A stretch of DNA of 64,000 nucleotides, taken from contig CAXRHT010000001.1 in NCBI GenBank assembly GCA_964230645.1, positions 640,001 to 704,000 on the forward strand. Direction: 5' to 3'. A program made the position numbers and the translations under genes. The DNA comes from Bdellovibrionales bacterium. GTDB taxonomy: Bacteria > Bdellovibrionota > Bdellovibrionia > Bdellovibrionales > JAGQZY01. A model generated the notes under the pieces. That model had not been told where the DNA came from. It was given only the letters and a program-made list of their open reading frames with translations, and did no database searches. Shown here one piece after another: positions 28,545-38,767 of this stretch; the stretch's first letter is position 1; the number at the start of each line of letters is the position of its first letter.

Positions 28545-29399
28545 TTAATTTAAAGAGTGCACATAGCGGGTGAGCACATCAAGACTGAAGATCTCCACGA
28601 ACTCTTCACCAAATGTGAAAGGAGCGCGAAAGCGAATATCAGTGCCTCGAGTGTATTCAAAGGGAGCCGATAGGATTTGGTTAGGATTATTGGGATCACT
28701 AAAAATAATTTTTTGTTTTTCTAAGTCAAAACCCAGTAGCACCATGGCGTGATAGTTTTCTCTTGAGAGACTTCCCCCCTCCACTGGATGCACCACCATA
28801 ATGCCGATGGAATCACCCCGAAGGTATCTCTGAATTCGATAAGGATAAAACTCAGAAGTGTAGCGGGCCACACTCAGACTTATTTCCTCAAAGGGATTAT
28901 TGAAAAAAAAGATATTTTTTAATTCTTGCCAACGCTGAGACACGATATCGGTGAGAATTGGAACATTGGCTCCAAGCCTTGCATCACGCCCTGTTGCAGC
29001 CTCATACCAATCGACCAACTGTTCTGTGGCATAGGGGGCACCGTGATAAATTTCCAAAAAATTTTCCTCTGTGGCCATCATGGCACCAAGGACATTGGTA
29101 ATAGAAGCTGAGGCGCACAGCCCGCCGTTGGGCACAAGGAGTCCCAGGTGACCGAGCCCCTCCTCGGATTGTTGCAGGAGCTTATCTCTGACAGCGTACT
29201 CCACAAAAACCCTTGAAGTGGTGTTTTCCGGAAAATCGTCCAAAGACAGCCCAAGTGGAAGAGCGGCCACGGAGGCCCGTTGTGGCATCGATGCTTCTGG
29301 AAAAGTTCTAAACACTTCACGACAAAGATTGGCTGAGCTCACACTTGAAATCAGCCATAATGCAAGAAGAAGGCCTAGAGGTCGGAAATTTGATAACAT
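28545..29399 (-). CDS. Secreted papain-like (C39-like) cysteine peptidase, putative
   Basis: Signal peptide; NGGLCASAS (Cys), YHAMVLLGFD (His), SDPNNP (Asp). Confidence 0.6.
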   Translation of the reverse strand: MLSNFRPLGLLLALWLISSVSSANLCREVFRTFPEASMPQRASVAALPLGLSLDDFPENTTSRVFVEYAVRDKLLQQSEEGLGHLGLLVPNGGLCASASITNVLGAMMATEENFLEIYHGAPYATEQLVDWYEAATGRDARLGANVPILTDIVSQRWQELKNIFFFNNPFEEISLSVARYTSEFYPYRIQRYLRGDSIGIMVVHPVEGGSLSRENYHAMVLLGFDLEKQKIIFSDPNNPNQILSAPFEYTRGTDIRFRAPFTFGEEFVEIFSLDVLTRYVHSLN

Positions 29400-29475
29400 A
29401 GTTATTTTTTGTGCAATATAAGTGCCCGCTCCTTCTCACCTTGCCAATTTTCTTATTCAGAGAGAGAATCTCTCC

Positions 29476-30399
29476 ATGTCAGCCATCTTAGAAATCAAAA
29501 ATGTATCCAAGGTCTACCAGGGTGGGTTTCAAGCTCTTAAGGACATCAATTTGGAAATCAAAAAAGGGGAGATTTTTGCCCTTCTTGGCCCTAATGGCGC
29601 TGGGAAAACCACCCTGATCAACTCTATCTGTGGTTTGGTCAATCCTACAACAGGCACAATTAAAGTGGATGGATTCGATCATCAAAAAGATTTTAGGAAA
29701 GCCAGAAATTTAATCGGTCTTGTGCCACAGGAGCTCACTACCGATGCCTTTGAAAAAGTGCACGATACTGTCAGTTTTAGCCGTGGACTATTTGGCTATA
29801 AAAAAAATAAAGCCTATATCGATGAAATTCTGGATAAGCTTTCTCTAGGGGACAAGAAAAACAACAAATTATTTACTCTTTCTGGTGGTATGAAAAGGCG
29901 AGTGATGATTGCCAAAGCTCTAAGCCACGAACCTCAAATTCTCTTTCTTGATGAGCCCACCGCAGGTGTCGATGTGCAACTCAGAGAATCCATGTGGGAA
30001 CAAGTGAGTGAACTCAAAAATATGGGGGTCACTATTATATTAACCACTCATTATATTGAAGAGGCCGAGACAATGGCCGACCGGATCGGCATCATCAACA
30101 AAGGATCCCTTGTGCAAGTTGATGAAAAATCCTCTTTGATCGAAAAACTGGGGAAAAGAAAACTAGTGCTTACTCTTGAGACTGACCTCTCGTCAGAAAA
30201 TAAAAAAGACTTCGAAAATCAATTTGATGTTCACTGGGGAGACAAACAAATGATTTACGAATACAGCAGTCACTCTAAAAAACCCCAGATACCTAATCTT
30301 TTCAAAATGCTGGTCAAAAAAGACATCCCCTTTAAAGAAGTAGAAACTCAACAGAGCAGTCTACAAGATATTTTCGTGGATATTGTGAGGGAAAAATGA
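29476..30399 (+). CDS. ABC-2 type transporter ATP-binding protein (YadG-like)
   Basis: [34 protein letters not shown]. Confidence 0.93.
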   Translation: MSAILEIKNVSKVYQGGFQALKDINLEIKKGEIFALLGPNGAGKTTLINSICGLVNPTTGTIKVDGFDHQKDFRKARNLIGLVPQELTTDAFEKVHDTVSFSRGLFGYKKNKAYIDEILDKLSLGDKKNNKLFTLSGGMKRRVMIAKALSHEPQILFLDEPTAGVDVQLRESMWEQVSELKNMGVTIILTTHYIEEAETMADRIGIINKGSLVQVDEKSSLIEKLGKRKLVLTLETDLSSENKKDFENQFDVHWGDKQMIYEYSSHSKKPQIPNLFKMLVKKDIPFKEVETQQSSLQDIFVDIVREK

Positions 30400-31157
30400 A
30401 TTACCGAGGTGCTTTAGCAATTTACAAGTTTGAAATGGCACGAATGTGGAGAACCCTTGGACAAAGTATCGCCTCCCCTGTTATTTCCACTTGCCTTTAC
30501 TTTGTGGTTTTTGGTTCAGCCCTTGGCTCAAGGATTAACGAAGTTGAGGGTATTGAATATGGATCTTTTATCGTTCCAGGGCTTGTTATGCTGACTGTGC
30601 TCACTCAGTGTATCTCCAACGCCTCGTTTGGAATTTATTTTCCAAAGTTTACCGGCACAATTTATGAAATCCTCTCAGCCCCCATTTCGGTGTTTGAAAT
30701 CGTTTTTGGTTACGTGGGAGCCGCGGCTTCAAAGTCCATTATCATTGCCACTGTGATCATGATCACCGCGACTTTTTTTGTAAAGCTTCAAATACTTCAT
30801 CCCTTGTGGATGCTCTTTTTTCTTTTTCTGACAGCTTTTACTTTTAGTCTTTTTGGATTCTTAATAGGAATATGGGCGGACGGATTTGAAAAGTTACAAA
30901 TATTTCCTTTGCTTGTTATTACACCGCTCACATTTTTGGGAGGCGCTTTTTATTCTATCCATATGCTCCCTCCCTTTTGGTACCAAGTTTCTCTCTTTAA
31001 CCCCATGGTTTATTTAATCAGTGGATTTCGCTGGTCTTTCTACGGACAGAGTGATGTCTCGGTTGGAATAAGCTTAGGTGTTATTGGAGTGGTTCTAAGT
31101 ATAACGGTCAGCCTGGTTTATTGGGTTTTCAAAACTGGTTACAAGCTTAAATCATAA
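30396..31157 (+). CDS. ABC-2 type permease (YadH-like)
   Basis: [35 protein letters not shown] overlap. Confidence 0.92.
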   Translation: MNYRGALAIYKFEMARMWRTLGQSIASPVISTCLYFVVFGSALGSRINEVEGIEYGSFIVPGLVMLTVLTQCISNASFGIYFPKFTGTIYEILSAPISVFEIVFGYVGAAASKSIIIATVIMITATFFVKLQILHPLWMLFFLFLTAFTFSLFGFLIGIWADGFEKLQIFPLLVITPLTFLGGAFYSIHMLPPFWYQVSLFNPMVYLISGFRWSFYGQSDVSVGISLGVIGVVLSITVSLVYWVFKTGYKLKS

Positions 31158-31994
31158 GAAATTGACAATTTCTTCTAGAAACACCTTGTATGATTCCTCC
31201 CCGAGTGTGGTTGGGTCAAAACACAAGTGATTGTAACGCCTAAAAGGTGCTTTTCTGTTATCAAGACTTTTAAACTTCCATTTTGTCTTTTTTAAAACCC
31301 AACGCTTAAGCTTCCAAAAACTTACCAATTCATCTCTGGGGTGAACTAAAACCAAAGCTTCAGAGTTCTTTGCAAGACTTTTATCTTTGAATTTATTTTG
31401 GGAGTAAATAGTAAAGAAGCTTGTGTAAATTTCTGCTGGCACCCCCATTTCATGATAGCGATACCTGGCTTCAAACTCTGGATTTCGGAGTGAAATAGAC
31501 GCCAAACGGTTGATGTGCGGTAAAAAGGGTTTAATAAGGGAGGTGTAACCGTGAAGTTTTAAGGCTGGGGCAATCAGTACCATTTTTTCAAAGGGGCATT
31601 CTTCAAAGTGATGCACTCCGATCAAGCCACCAAAGGAATAGCCCACAAAGAATATTTCGTCTCCGTACTTTTTTTTCAAATAATCATAGGCTTTCTTGTG
31701 AGCTTCAAGGTAGGATTCCGCACTCAGACTCCTATAATTTTCGTTACCGAAGTGTCCCGGTAAATGGAACAAGAAACAGCGAAAGCCCTCATCGTTGAGA
31801 TCTTTGAGCAAATACTTTAGAGCTTCTGGTTTTTGATTAAGACCATGAGCACATAATAGCACTTTCGAATTCTCAGTATGACTAGGAAGCTCCTCAAGAA
31901 AGGAGGGTTTGTTTAACTTGCTCTTTAAGGTCTCCAGACTCACTCCATTGGGGCCAATTGATATTTCCAACAAATAGACGAAGTATTTCTTCAT
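31152..31994 (-). CDS. Alpha/beta hydrolase (esterase/lipase)
   Basis: HGLN oxyanion motif, GYSFGG nucleophile elbow, D(ELV) and H(LCF); start uncertain because of overlap with the upstream gene. Confidence 0.75.
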   Translation of the reverse strand: MKKYFVYLLEISIGPNGVSLETLKSKLNKPSFLEELPSHTENSKVLLCAHGLNQKPEALKYLLKDLNDEGFRCFLFHLPGHFGNENYRSLSAESYLEAHKKAYDYLKKKYGDEIFFVGYSFGGLIGVHHFEECPFEKMVLIAPALKLHGYTSLIKPFLPHINRLASISLRNPEFEARYRYHEMGVPAEIYTSFFTIYSQNKFKDKSLAKNSEALVLVHPRDELVSFWKLKRWVLKKTKWKFKSLDNRKAPFRRYNHLCFDPTTLGEESYKVFLEEIVNFL

Positions 31995-33537
31995 CACGAC
32001 TCTTCTTAGTGTGCATGGCAAACTCGAATAAGAGTAGTCCAGCTAAACCATCGGCAAGGGCAAAGGAAAGAGTTCGAGCCCCTTTTTGAAGAATGTCTTG
32101 GTTCTGCCTATTTTTACTCAACCAAGCTTGAATTTCCCCAAAGAGTTTCTTAATTTTCCCAGCTTCTGGGCTCTCGTTAAGCGACCTCATTCTTTTTTCC
32201 AGATAGGTAAAACAATCCTTAGCATTGTCGCCCTGAGACAAGGCTCTTAACGTATCAAGGCTCATGATATTCGTTGTGCCCTCCCAAATAGAGAAGACCT
32301 GGGCGTCTCTTAAAAAACGAGGTATTTGAGTGTCTTCAATATACCCCGCTCCGCCAAAGCCCTCCACTAACTCACTGGTCGTATTCACCGATTTTTTGGC
32401 CGTCCACAGCTTGGCGACAGGAGTATAGACTCTCAGAAAAGCCAATTCTTCCTGATCGGCCTCGCCCACCTCTGAGCGCCCTAAGGCCTTTCCAAGTTGT
32501 GCGATGAAGTGAACGCAAGCTTTCGTATCCGCCTGAGCTTTCATAAGTGTTTGTTGGTGCAGAGGATGATCAATGAGCTTTTTACCAAAAGCCTCTCTCT
32601 TTTGAGAATAGTCTAAGAGCAAAGAATGGAGTCTATAAATCGTTCCGGTCGCACACACCGAATTATAAAGTCTTGAAATATTCAAAACTGTAGCAATATT
32701 TTTGACGCCGCTGCCAAGCTCTCCGATCAGTTCCCCCTCCACACCTTTCAGTTCTAATTCGGCGGTGGGCATGGCCTTTGTTCCCAATTTGTCTTTCAAC
32801 CTTAAGACTTCAATGTTGTTAAGGTCTCCGTTCTCATCTCGAATTTTTACCATAAATAAACTCAGACGCTTTTTACCATCGACTTCAGTTTGCGCTAATG
32901 TCATCGCTAATTGAGCCGTAATCGCTGAGGTGAACCACTTGGTTCCATACAAATAGTAGCGCCCGTCTTTTCGTTCGGCATAGGTTTCGGAGCGGGATAC
33001 ATCAGAGCCCCCTGCTTTTTCCGTCATCCACTGACCGGCTGTCCAAAACTCCTCAGGGTCCCGGTGAGTGAGATGTTTGAAAGCCGCTTTCCTTGAGTCT
33101 GTCATGTTGGTTTCTAGCACTCTCGCCGCTCCATCGGTCATCGCAAGAGGACAGCTATAAAATGCTGAAGAGGGGTGAAAGAGCATCAGTTTTAAAAACT
33201 GATGAAGACGAGAATCAGAACCGGACTCACGCTCATAGCCAATAGCCACAATCCCCTCGCGAGCAGCCACCTCATGCAATTGATCCCAGGCTGGATGCAT
33301 AACAATTTCATCCACTCTCTTGCCCCAGTGATCAAAAGCTTTATGAGTGGGTGGTTGCCCTTCGGCCTGCCACATCAATTCAAGAATCTCTCCCTTAGCG
33401 CGCTGGGAAAATTTTTTAAGATCTGTTTCAATTTTACCTGTGTGCTTCTTATCGCAATAAGCTTTTAGAACATCTGATAAATAAGTATTTTCCGAATAAA
33501 GATCTTTGTATTCGAAGTCCTCTTGTAGAAATTCCAA
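31894..33537 (-). CDS. Acyl-CoA dehydrogenase (AidB-like)
   Basis: CPLAMTDGA, GQWMTEKAGGSDV, LKDKLGT, GGAGYIE, IWEGTTN. Confidence 0.93.
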   Translation of the reverse strand: MEFLQEDFEYKDLYSENTYLSDVLKAYCDKKHTGKIETDLKKFSQRAKGEILELMWQAEGQPPTHKAFDHWGKRVDEIVMHPAWDQLHEVAAREGIVAIGYERESGSDSRLHQFLKLMLFHPSSAFYSCPLAMTDGAARVLETNMTDSRKAAFKHLTHRDPEEFWTAGQWMTEKAGGSDVSRSETYAERKDGRYYLYGTKWFTSAITAQLAMTLAQTEVDGKKRLSLFMVKIRDENGDLNNIEVLRLKDKLGTKAMPTAELELKGVEGELIGELGSGVKNIATVLNISRLYNSVCATGTIYRLHSLLLDYSQKREAFGKKLIDHPLHQQTLMKAQADTKACVHFIAQLGKALGRSEVGEADQEELAFLRVYTPVAKLWTAKKSVNTTSELVEGFGGAGYIEDTQIPRFLRDAQVFSIWEGTTNIMSLDTLRALSQGDNAKDCFTYLEKRMRSLNESPEAGKIKKLFGEIQAWLSKNRQNQDILQKGARTLSFALADGLAGLLLFEFAMHTKKSRDEEILRLFVGNINWPQWSESGDLKEQVKQTLLS

Positions 33538-33607
33538 AACACGCCTCCACCTATCTTCTCATTTTGAGTCATCAGATTCCCTCAGCAGAGCCAAAAAGTC
33601 CAGGAAT

Positions 33608-33634
33608 TTAGTCTCTTTGGTTTTTGGCCGATAA
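33608..33634 (+). promoter_or_regulatory. Sigma-28-type promoter
   Basis: GCCGATAA at 33627-33634 with a partial -35 (TTAGTCT). Confidence 0.5.
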
Positions 33635-33645
33635 GGCTCATGTAT

Positions 33646-33780
33646 GGGAAGTCAGAAACTCAAAGAAATAAAATTTTCGGTGGAACGCAAAGCCAAAAAC
33701 ACCCGCCGTGTGGATGTGTACTTATTCGTCCTGGCCGGCAGCTTTATACTGACTTTTCTCCTTTCCCAAATTCTATTGGG
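33646..33780 (+). ncRNA. Candidate structured RNA with partial c-di-GMP-I (GEMM) riboswitch similarity
   Basis: Closing stem 33646-33655/33749-33758; GTGGAACGCAAAGCC; starts just after the sigma-28 -10 box. Confidence 0.3.
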
Positions 33781-33916
33781 CGTCTATTACATCTAATTTT
33801 CTTTAAATTTAAGCCTCTTTCAAATGACCATTTTCATGAATCTAATGTGTAAATAAGTAAACTTTAAAATACTAATTCTCTGCTTTAGAATCCCCCACAC
33901 AACAAGGGAGAAATCT

Positions 33917-34444
33917 ATGATGAGACCAAATTCAAAAGCGCCAGAGCTTAAGATTAAAACAACGGAATCGGATCAATGGAATTTAGCCGATCAATCGCCA
34001 GAAAAGTACACCATGGTGGTTTTTTACAGAGGGCTTCATTGCCCAGTTTGCAAGAGCTACTTACAGTCTCTAAACCAAAATTTCGAAAAATTTAAAGATC
34101 AGGGTGTCACCTCAATGATCGCCATCAGTGGAGACACAGAGGAAAAGGCACGTGAAGCTAAAAAAGGCTGGGAACTCACTAACCTAGAAATTGGCTTTGA
34201 GCAAACGACCGATCAAATGAAGGACTGGGGTCTTTTTATTTCCTCAGGAATCAAAGAAAGTGAACCGAAGTATTTTGGCGAGCCGGGACTTTTCCTGATC
34301 AACAGTAAAAATGAACTCTTTTATTGTGCAACCAACAGTATGCCCTTTGGTCGCCCACAATTTGACGATATGTTAAGTGCGTTGAAATTTATCAATAAAG
34401 AAAACTATCCTAGTCGCGGACAAGTTTCTTACGATGATGTCTAA
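33917..34444 (+). CDS. Peroxiredoxin-like AhpC/TSA family protein
   Basis: FYRGLHCPVC, FGEPGLFLI, SMPFGRP, NYPSRG. Confidence 0.9.
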   Translation: MMRPNSKAPELKIKTTESDQWNLADQSPEKYTMVVFYRGLHCPVCKSYLQSLNQNFEKFKDQGVTSMIAISGDTEEKAREAKKGWELTNLEIGFEQTTDQMKDWGLFISSGIKESEPKYFGEPGLFLINSKNELFYCATNSMPFGRPQFDDMLSALKFINKENYPSRGQVSYDDV

Positions 34445-34450
34445 AAGCAA

Positions 34451-34476
34451 TAAAGGGAGCTTAAAAGCTCCCTTTA
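34451..34476. terminator. Bidirectional terminator hairpin
   Basis: TAAAGGGAGCTT-AA-AAGCTCCCTTTA. Confidence 0.75.
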
Positions 34477-34683
34477 GTTTCCTTTACTAACAACCCGGAC
34501 CTCTGTGGCCACGGGCCCCTTCTTACCTTCTTTTATCACAAATTCAACTTCATCGCCTGGTTCTACTGGCTCTGAGAGTTGACTGACATGAACAAAGACA
34601 TCATCACCATTTAGAATTTCTATGAAACCAAACCCCTTGTCCTCTCGAAACCACTTCACCTTGCCTTTTTGAACTCCACTCAT
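34474..34683 (-). CDS. Cold-shock domain protein
   Basis: GKVKWF, KGFGFI (RNP1), DVFVH (RNP2); ATG overlaps the slt stop (ATGA). Confidence 0.93.
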   Translation of the reverse strand: MSGVQKGKVKWFREDKGFGFIEILNGDDVFVHVSQLSEPVEPGDEVEFVIKEGKKGPVATEVRVVSKGN

Positions 34684-37085
34684 AAAACTTCCCAAGTTTC
34701 CTTAGTCGGCGGAGTTCCTTCCAGATACACATTGACGTTTTCAGCAAGCCAAGAGGAAGCATTGGCGTCTTTATTATAAAGAAGGTTGTAAAGCGTATAG
34801 TAGCGAGTCACTTTTTTCACATATTTCCGAGTTTCACTGAAGGGAATATGCTCGATAAACTCGTCCATATCAAGTCTTCCAAATTGATAAAGCCATTTAT
34901 GCACTCTATGGGGACCGCCATTGTAAGCGGCGGCGGCCAAAGGAATTTTTCCTTTAAACTTTTTCAAGTTCCTTTGCAAATAGCGCGCTCCAATCTCTAC
35001 ACTTACCGGAGGCTCAAAAAGATCGGGTCCCTCTATTTTTTTTCCGATCATAGCAGCCACTTTTCTTCCTGTATGAGTCATGACCTGCATAAGGCCTCGA
35101 GCACCAACAGGAGACATGGCGTCGGGCCTAAAATTAGTTTCCGCCTTCATGATGCTCCAAATGAATTCAGCAGGAACATTGTATTTTCTCGCGTTGGCTA
35201 AAACTTCACTTTCAAAAGCTCTTGGGTAAACGTACTGCCAAAGAGCCGCTCCAATATGAAGACCCAGATGAGTCCGGTCGCCTGCAAAGTGACGGGTGCC
35301 AATGTAGGCGGAGCGATGATAGATATCATTTCTGAAATATTCAAACATTAGGGTTTTCAAATAATCTTCGTTACGTGTTCTTCCCTCAATACTGTAGAGC
35401 TCCCACTTGGCAAGCTCCTTCATTCCCATAAGTGCTAAGTCTTTGGCTCGCGCAATGTGACGACGGAACTCCGGCTCGCTCACGGTGGCGTATATTTCTG
35501 TGGGTTTACCAAGGTTCACGTACTCTCTCATATAGGGAAGTTTTTCCCATTCCGCGTGAAAAACATCATTGGTCTTTTCCACTGTTGAAACTTCGGCTTG
35601 CTCGAGATGGCCCGGTGAGACCTGACCATCGGTAAAATGAGGAAGCCAGTTTTCGTGAAGGGTGATGGCATCATTATGTTGAACACTCGCAAGGGCTCTT
35701 GAGCCGATCATACCTTTGAGTCTTTGAACAGAAGCAATGGAATAATAATCAATGTACTCGTCTTGAGAGAGTTCTAAAAAGATATCTTTAGCAGCTTCTC
35801 TATTGCCAAGTCTCTTGAGGCTCATTGCCATCCAGTATTTAATTTTTTCTTTTGAAACTGAACGGTGAAGCTTACGACGTCTATTTTTTAGAGCCCACTT
35901 CCATTTGTCGTAGGCCTTTTGATAATGCCCTTTTAAATAATAAACCCATGGAATATACCAGTTAGACTGTTTTCCATAATAGGTAAAAGAATACTTTTTT
36001 GCTAAAATTTCAAACTGTCTTAGAGCACTGTCGTAATCCTGATTTTGATAACTTAAGAACCCAGCTCTAAAAAGATAGCTTCTACCTTTATGCCCTGGGA
36101 ATGTTTCGCTGGCTTTTAGAAAAATTCCGGCGGCCGTCTGATACTCTCCAGCTCTCGCTGCAGCCTTTCCAAAAAGGCTAATGTAGTCATCGTCTTTTAG
36201 CTTCTTATGATCTTTATAATAAACCTTGAGGCGATCGAATGCTTCTTGAACCATCCCTTCGTTCACTAAATACTCAGCCATGGTCATATCTTTTGTGAAC
36301 TGATCCTCTTTAGACTTTTGAAACTCCTGCAACTCAGTGTAGGCTTTTTCGCTGGCACCCATCCACTGTAAGCGCTTAATTCGGTCTTGTTGGTCATCAA
36401 GAGTGTCTTTGCAAGCTAGAGCCTTACCATCCACCAGATTTCCCTGCCAGCGCAGTCCCCAGTGAGAGATTGGTTCATAGATTGGATATTTTTTATAAAG
36501 CTTTCTTGCCCAGTAGCAAGCATCCAACCTTCTTTTCTTGATATGATTGATTTTTAGAAGAGACCAAAGAATATCGGGATAAACTTCCGTATTGCGCATT
36601 TTGCGCTCAAGTTTTTTGTAGAGATCCTTTGCTTCATTATACTTTTGAGTCTCAAACAAGATTTCGGCAATTTTAAAATCTGTTTTTTCCTCGAGAATCT
36701 GTGAGGGATCTTTCTTATGCACTTTTTTGAAGGCACTTAAGGCTTCCTCAGAATTGTTCAATTCTAAATAGGAAAGGCCGCGATAATACTGGGCCACGTC
36801 TTCAAGCCTGGTTCCAATTTTGAGGGACTTATCCAGGTGACGAATGGCAAAATTAAAGTTTTTTTGTTCAAAGAAAATAATCCCTCGAAAAAATTCAATC
36901 AAAGACAGACGATTGGGGTCAAGCTGGTCCAGAGGGATATTATTAAGCTGGGCGTGAGCCTCTTTGTACTTTTGCTGATTAAAGAACTTTTTTGCCTCAT
37001 CCAGATTGGAGGTATTTGCCACCGCTCCTTGAGTAAAAATTAATAGGAATGAAAAAAGCGCTGAGCATATCAGCGCTTTTTTCAT
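34680..37085 (-). CDS. slt: Slt70-like soluble lytic murein transglycosylase with TPR superhelix
   Basis: Signal peptide; TPR-like repeats; IMKAETNF, GARGLMQVM, AAYNGGP, ETRKYVKKV. Confidence 0.9.
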   Translation of the reverse strand: MKKALICSALFSFLLIFTQGAVANTSNLDEAKKFFNQQKYKEAHAQLNNIPLDQLDPNRLSLIEFFRGIIFFEQKNFNFAIRHLDKSLKIGTRLEDVAQYYRGLSYLELNNSEEALSAFKKVHKKDPSQILEEKTDFKIAEILFETQKYNEAKDLYKKLERKMRNTEVYPDILWSLLKINHIKKRRLDACYWARKLYKKYPIYEPISHWGLRWQGNLVDGKALACKDTLDDQQDRIKRLQWMGASEKAYTELQEFQKSKEDQFTKDMTMAEYLVNEGMVQEAFDRLKVYYKDHKKLKDDDYISLFGKAAARAGEYQTAAGIFLKASETFPGHKGRSYLFRAGFLSYQNQDYDSALRQFEILAKKYSFTYYGKQSNWYIPWVYYLKGHYQKAYDKWKWALKNRRRKLHRSVSKEKIKYWMAMSLKRLGNREAAKDIFLELSQDEYIDYYSIASVQRLKGMIGSRALASVQHNDAITLHENWLPHFTDGQVSPGHLEQAEVSTVEKTNDVFHAEWEKLPYMREYVNLGKPTEIYATVSEPEFRRHIARAKDLALMGMKELAKWELYSIEGRTRNEDYLKTLMFEYFRNDIYHRSAYIGTRHFAGDRTHLGLHIGAALWQYVYPRAFESEVLANARKYNVPAEFIWSIMKAETNFRPDAMSPVGARGLMQVMTHTGRKVAAMIGKKIEGPDLFEPPVSVEIGARYLQRNLKKFKGKIPLAAAAYNGGPHRVHKWLYQFGRLDMDEFIEHIPFSETRKYVKKVTRYYTLYNLLYNKDANASSWLAENVNVYLEGTPPTKETWEVL

Positions 37086-37232
37086 CAGTCTTTCATCGGA
37101 ATTTTTCAGGTAAAGTCTCATCCTTTCAATCATAACGATTCTCAGGGCAAACGCTAAGGCCAGATCGCAATTGCTCTCTTAAAGTTGTGCTTGCTGCTTA
37201 AAAGCCTTGCTGGCACTAGACTTTAGTCTACA

Positions 37233-38744
37233 TTACCTTACAGACTGATAGTAAGCCTGCATGCTGTCTACCGCTTTGTGCCAGCGTTTAAGCCTTTTCG
37301 CTCTTTCAGTGGCCGATGAGCGGTGCTTAAAAGGTTTATCCACCTGGTCCATTTTTTTAAGATCTTTTTTGTCGGACCAAACACCTTCGGCGAGTCCTGC
37401 CATGAGGGCCGCTCCAAGAGAGGTGGTTTCTACATTTTTAGGGCGCACGACCCCCACCCCGAGGTAATCGGCCTGCAGCTGCATAAGAAGATTATTAGCG
37501 GCCGCTCCCCCGTCGACACGAACTGTTTTTAATTTTACTTTCGATTCACCCACCATTGTGTTCATTATGTCCACATTCTGTAGCGCCATGGCCTCGAGTG
37601 TGGCTCTGGCAATGTGCTCGTTGGTCGTTCCACGTGTTAAACCGAACATGGTTCCTCTCACCAAAGGATCCCAGTGAGGGGCTCCAAGCCCTGAAAAGGC
37701 TGGGACAAATTCCACGCCGCCTGAGTCCTCGACTTTTTTGGCGAGCTTTTCAATATCGGGACTGTTATGAATGAGATGCATATTGTCTCTGAGCCACTGC
37801 ACGGCGGCTCCACAAATAAATGCTCCCCCCTCAAGGGCGTAGCTAGCTTCTTTAGCTCCCGGCCACTGCCAACCCACAGTGGTGAGAAGTCCTTTTTGAC
37901 TCATCACTTTTTTGCTGCCGGTATTCATCAACAAAAAACTACCCGTTCCGAAGGTAATCTTAGCCTCACCTTTTTCAAAGCAGTACTGACCAAATAAGGC
38001 ACTCTGCTGATCTCCTAGAACACCTGTTATGGGAATGCCACTGGGAAGACCGGCCACACGGACGGTTTTTCCAAAGTGACCACCAGAGGCCTTGATCTGA
38101 GGGAGCATGTTTTCTTTTAGAGAGAAAAGTTTTAACAGGCCCGGATCGTAAGAAAGAGTGTCTAAAGACATGAGCTGTGTTCTGGAAGCGTTGGTGACGT
38201 CAGTCATAAAACTTTTCCCGCCAGTGAGCTTCCAAATCAAATAGGCGTCTATGGTTCCAAGGGCGAGCTGATTTTTCTTAGCCAAAGCTTTGGCCTCCGG
38301 ATTGTTTTTTAAAATCCAGTGCATTTTTGTCCCCGAAAAGTAAGGATCAAGAACAAGCCCTGTGGTTTTTTGTAAGCTTTTTTCCACACCTTTCTTTTTT
38401 AGCTTTTCACAAAACTCAGTGGTTCTACGACACTGCCAAACAATGGCGTTTCCAACGGTCTCCCCTGTTTTTTTATCCCAGGCGACTACGGTTTCTCTTT
38501 GATTGGTGATTCCTATTGCAATCACACTCTTAGGATCTACTTTAGATTTTTCAAAGACCTCTTTGATGGAAAGACGCAGAGATTTCCAGATATCTTTAGG
38601 ATCATGCTCCACCCAACCCGGTTTTGGAAAAATTTGCCGAAACTCCCGGTTTCCCTTTACTTTTAACTGCCCCTTCGTGTTGATTAGAGAGACTGTGGTT
38701 CCCGTGGTACCCTGGTCGATGGATAATAAGTATTGTTGCTTCAT
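37233..38744 (-). CDS. glpK: Glycerol kinase
   Basis: IDQGTTGT, GITNQRET, DPYFSGTK, GDQQSALFG, DGGAAAN. Confidence 0.97.
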   Translation of the reverse strand: MKQQYLLSIDQGTTGTTVSLINTKGQLKVKGNREFRQIFPKPGWVEHDPKDIWKSLRLSIKEVFEKSKVDPKSVIAIGITNQRETVVAWDKKTGETVGNAIVWQCRRTTEFCEKLKKKGVEKSLQKTTGLVLDPYFSGTKMHWILKNNPEAKALAKKNQLALGTIDAYLIWKLTGGKSFMTDVTNASRTQLMSLDTLSYDPGLLKLFSLKENMLPQIKASGGHFGKTVRVAGLPSGIPITGVLGDQQSALFGQYCFEKGEAKITFGTGSFLLMNTGSKKVMSQKGLLTTVGWQWPGAKEASYALEGGAFICGAAVQWLRDNMHLIHNSPDIEKLAKKVEDSGGVEFVPAFSGLGAPHWDPLVRGTMFGLTRGTTNEHIARATLEAMALQNVDIMNTMVGESKVKLKTVRVDGGAAANNLLMQLQADYLGVGVVRPKNVETTSLGAALMAGLAEGVWSDKKDLKKMDQVDKPFKHRSSATERAKRLKRWHKAVDSMQAYYQSVR

Positions 38745-38767
38745 GTTTTTTCCTCAAAGGATGATCT

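Noticed and set aside
33640..33852. 70-aa leaderless ORF after the sigma-28 box
   Set aside because: No recognisable protein features and it overlaps a predicted RNA structure; cannot be fully excluded without Ribo-seq.
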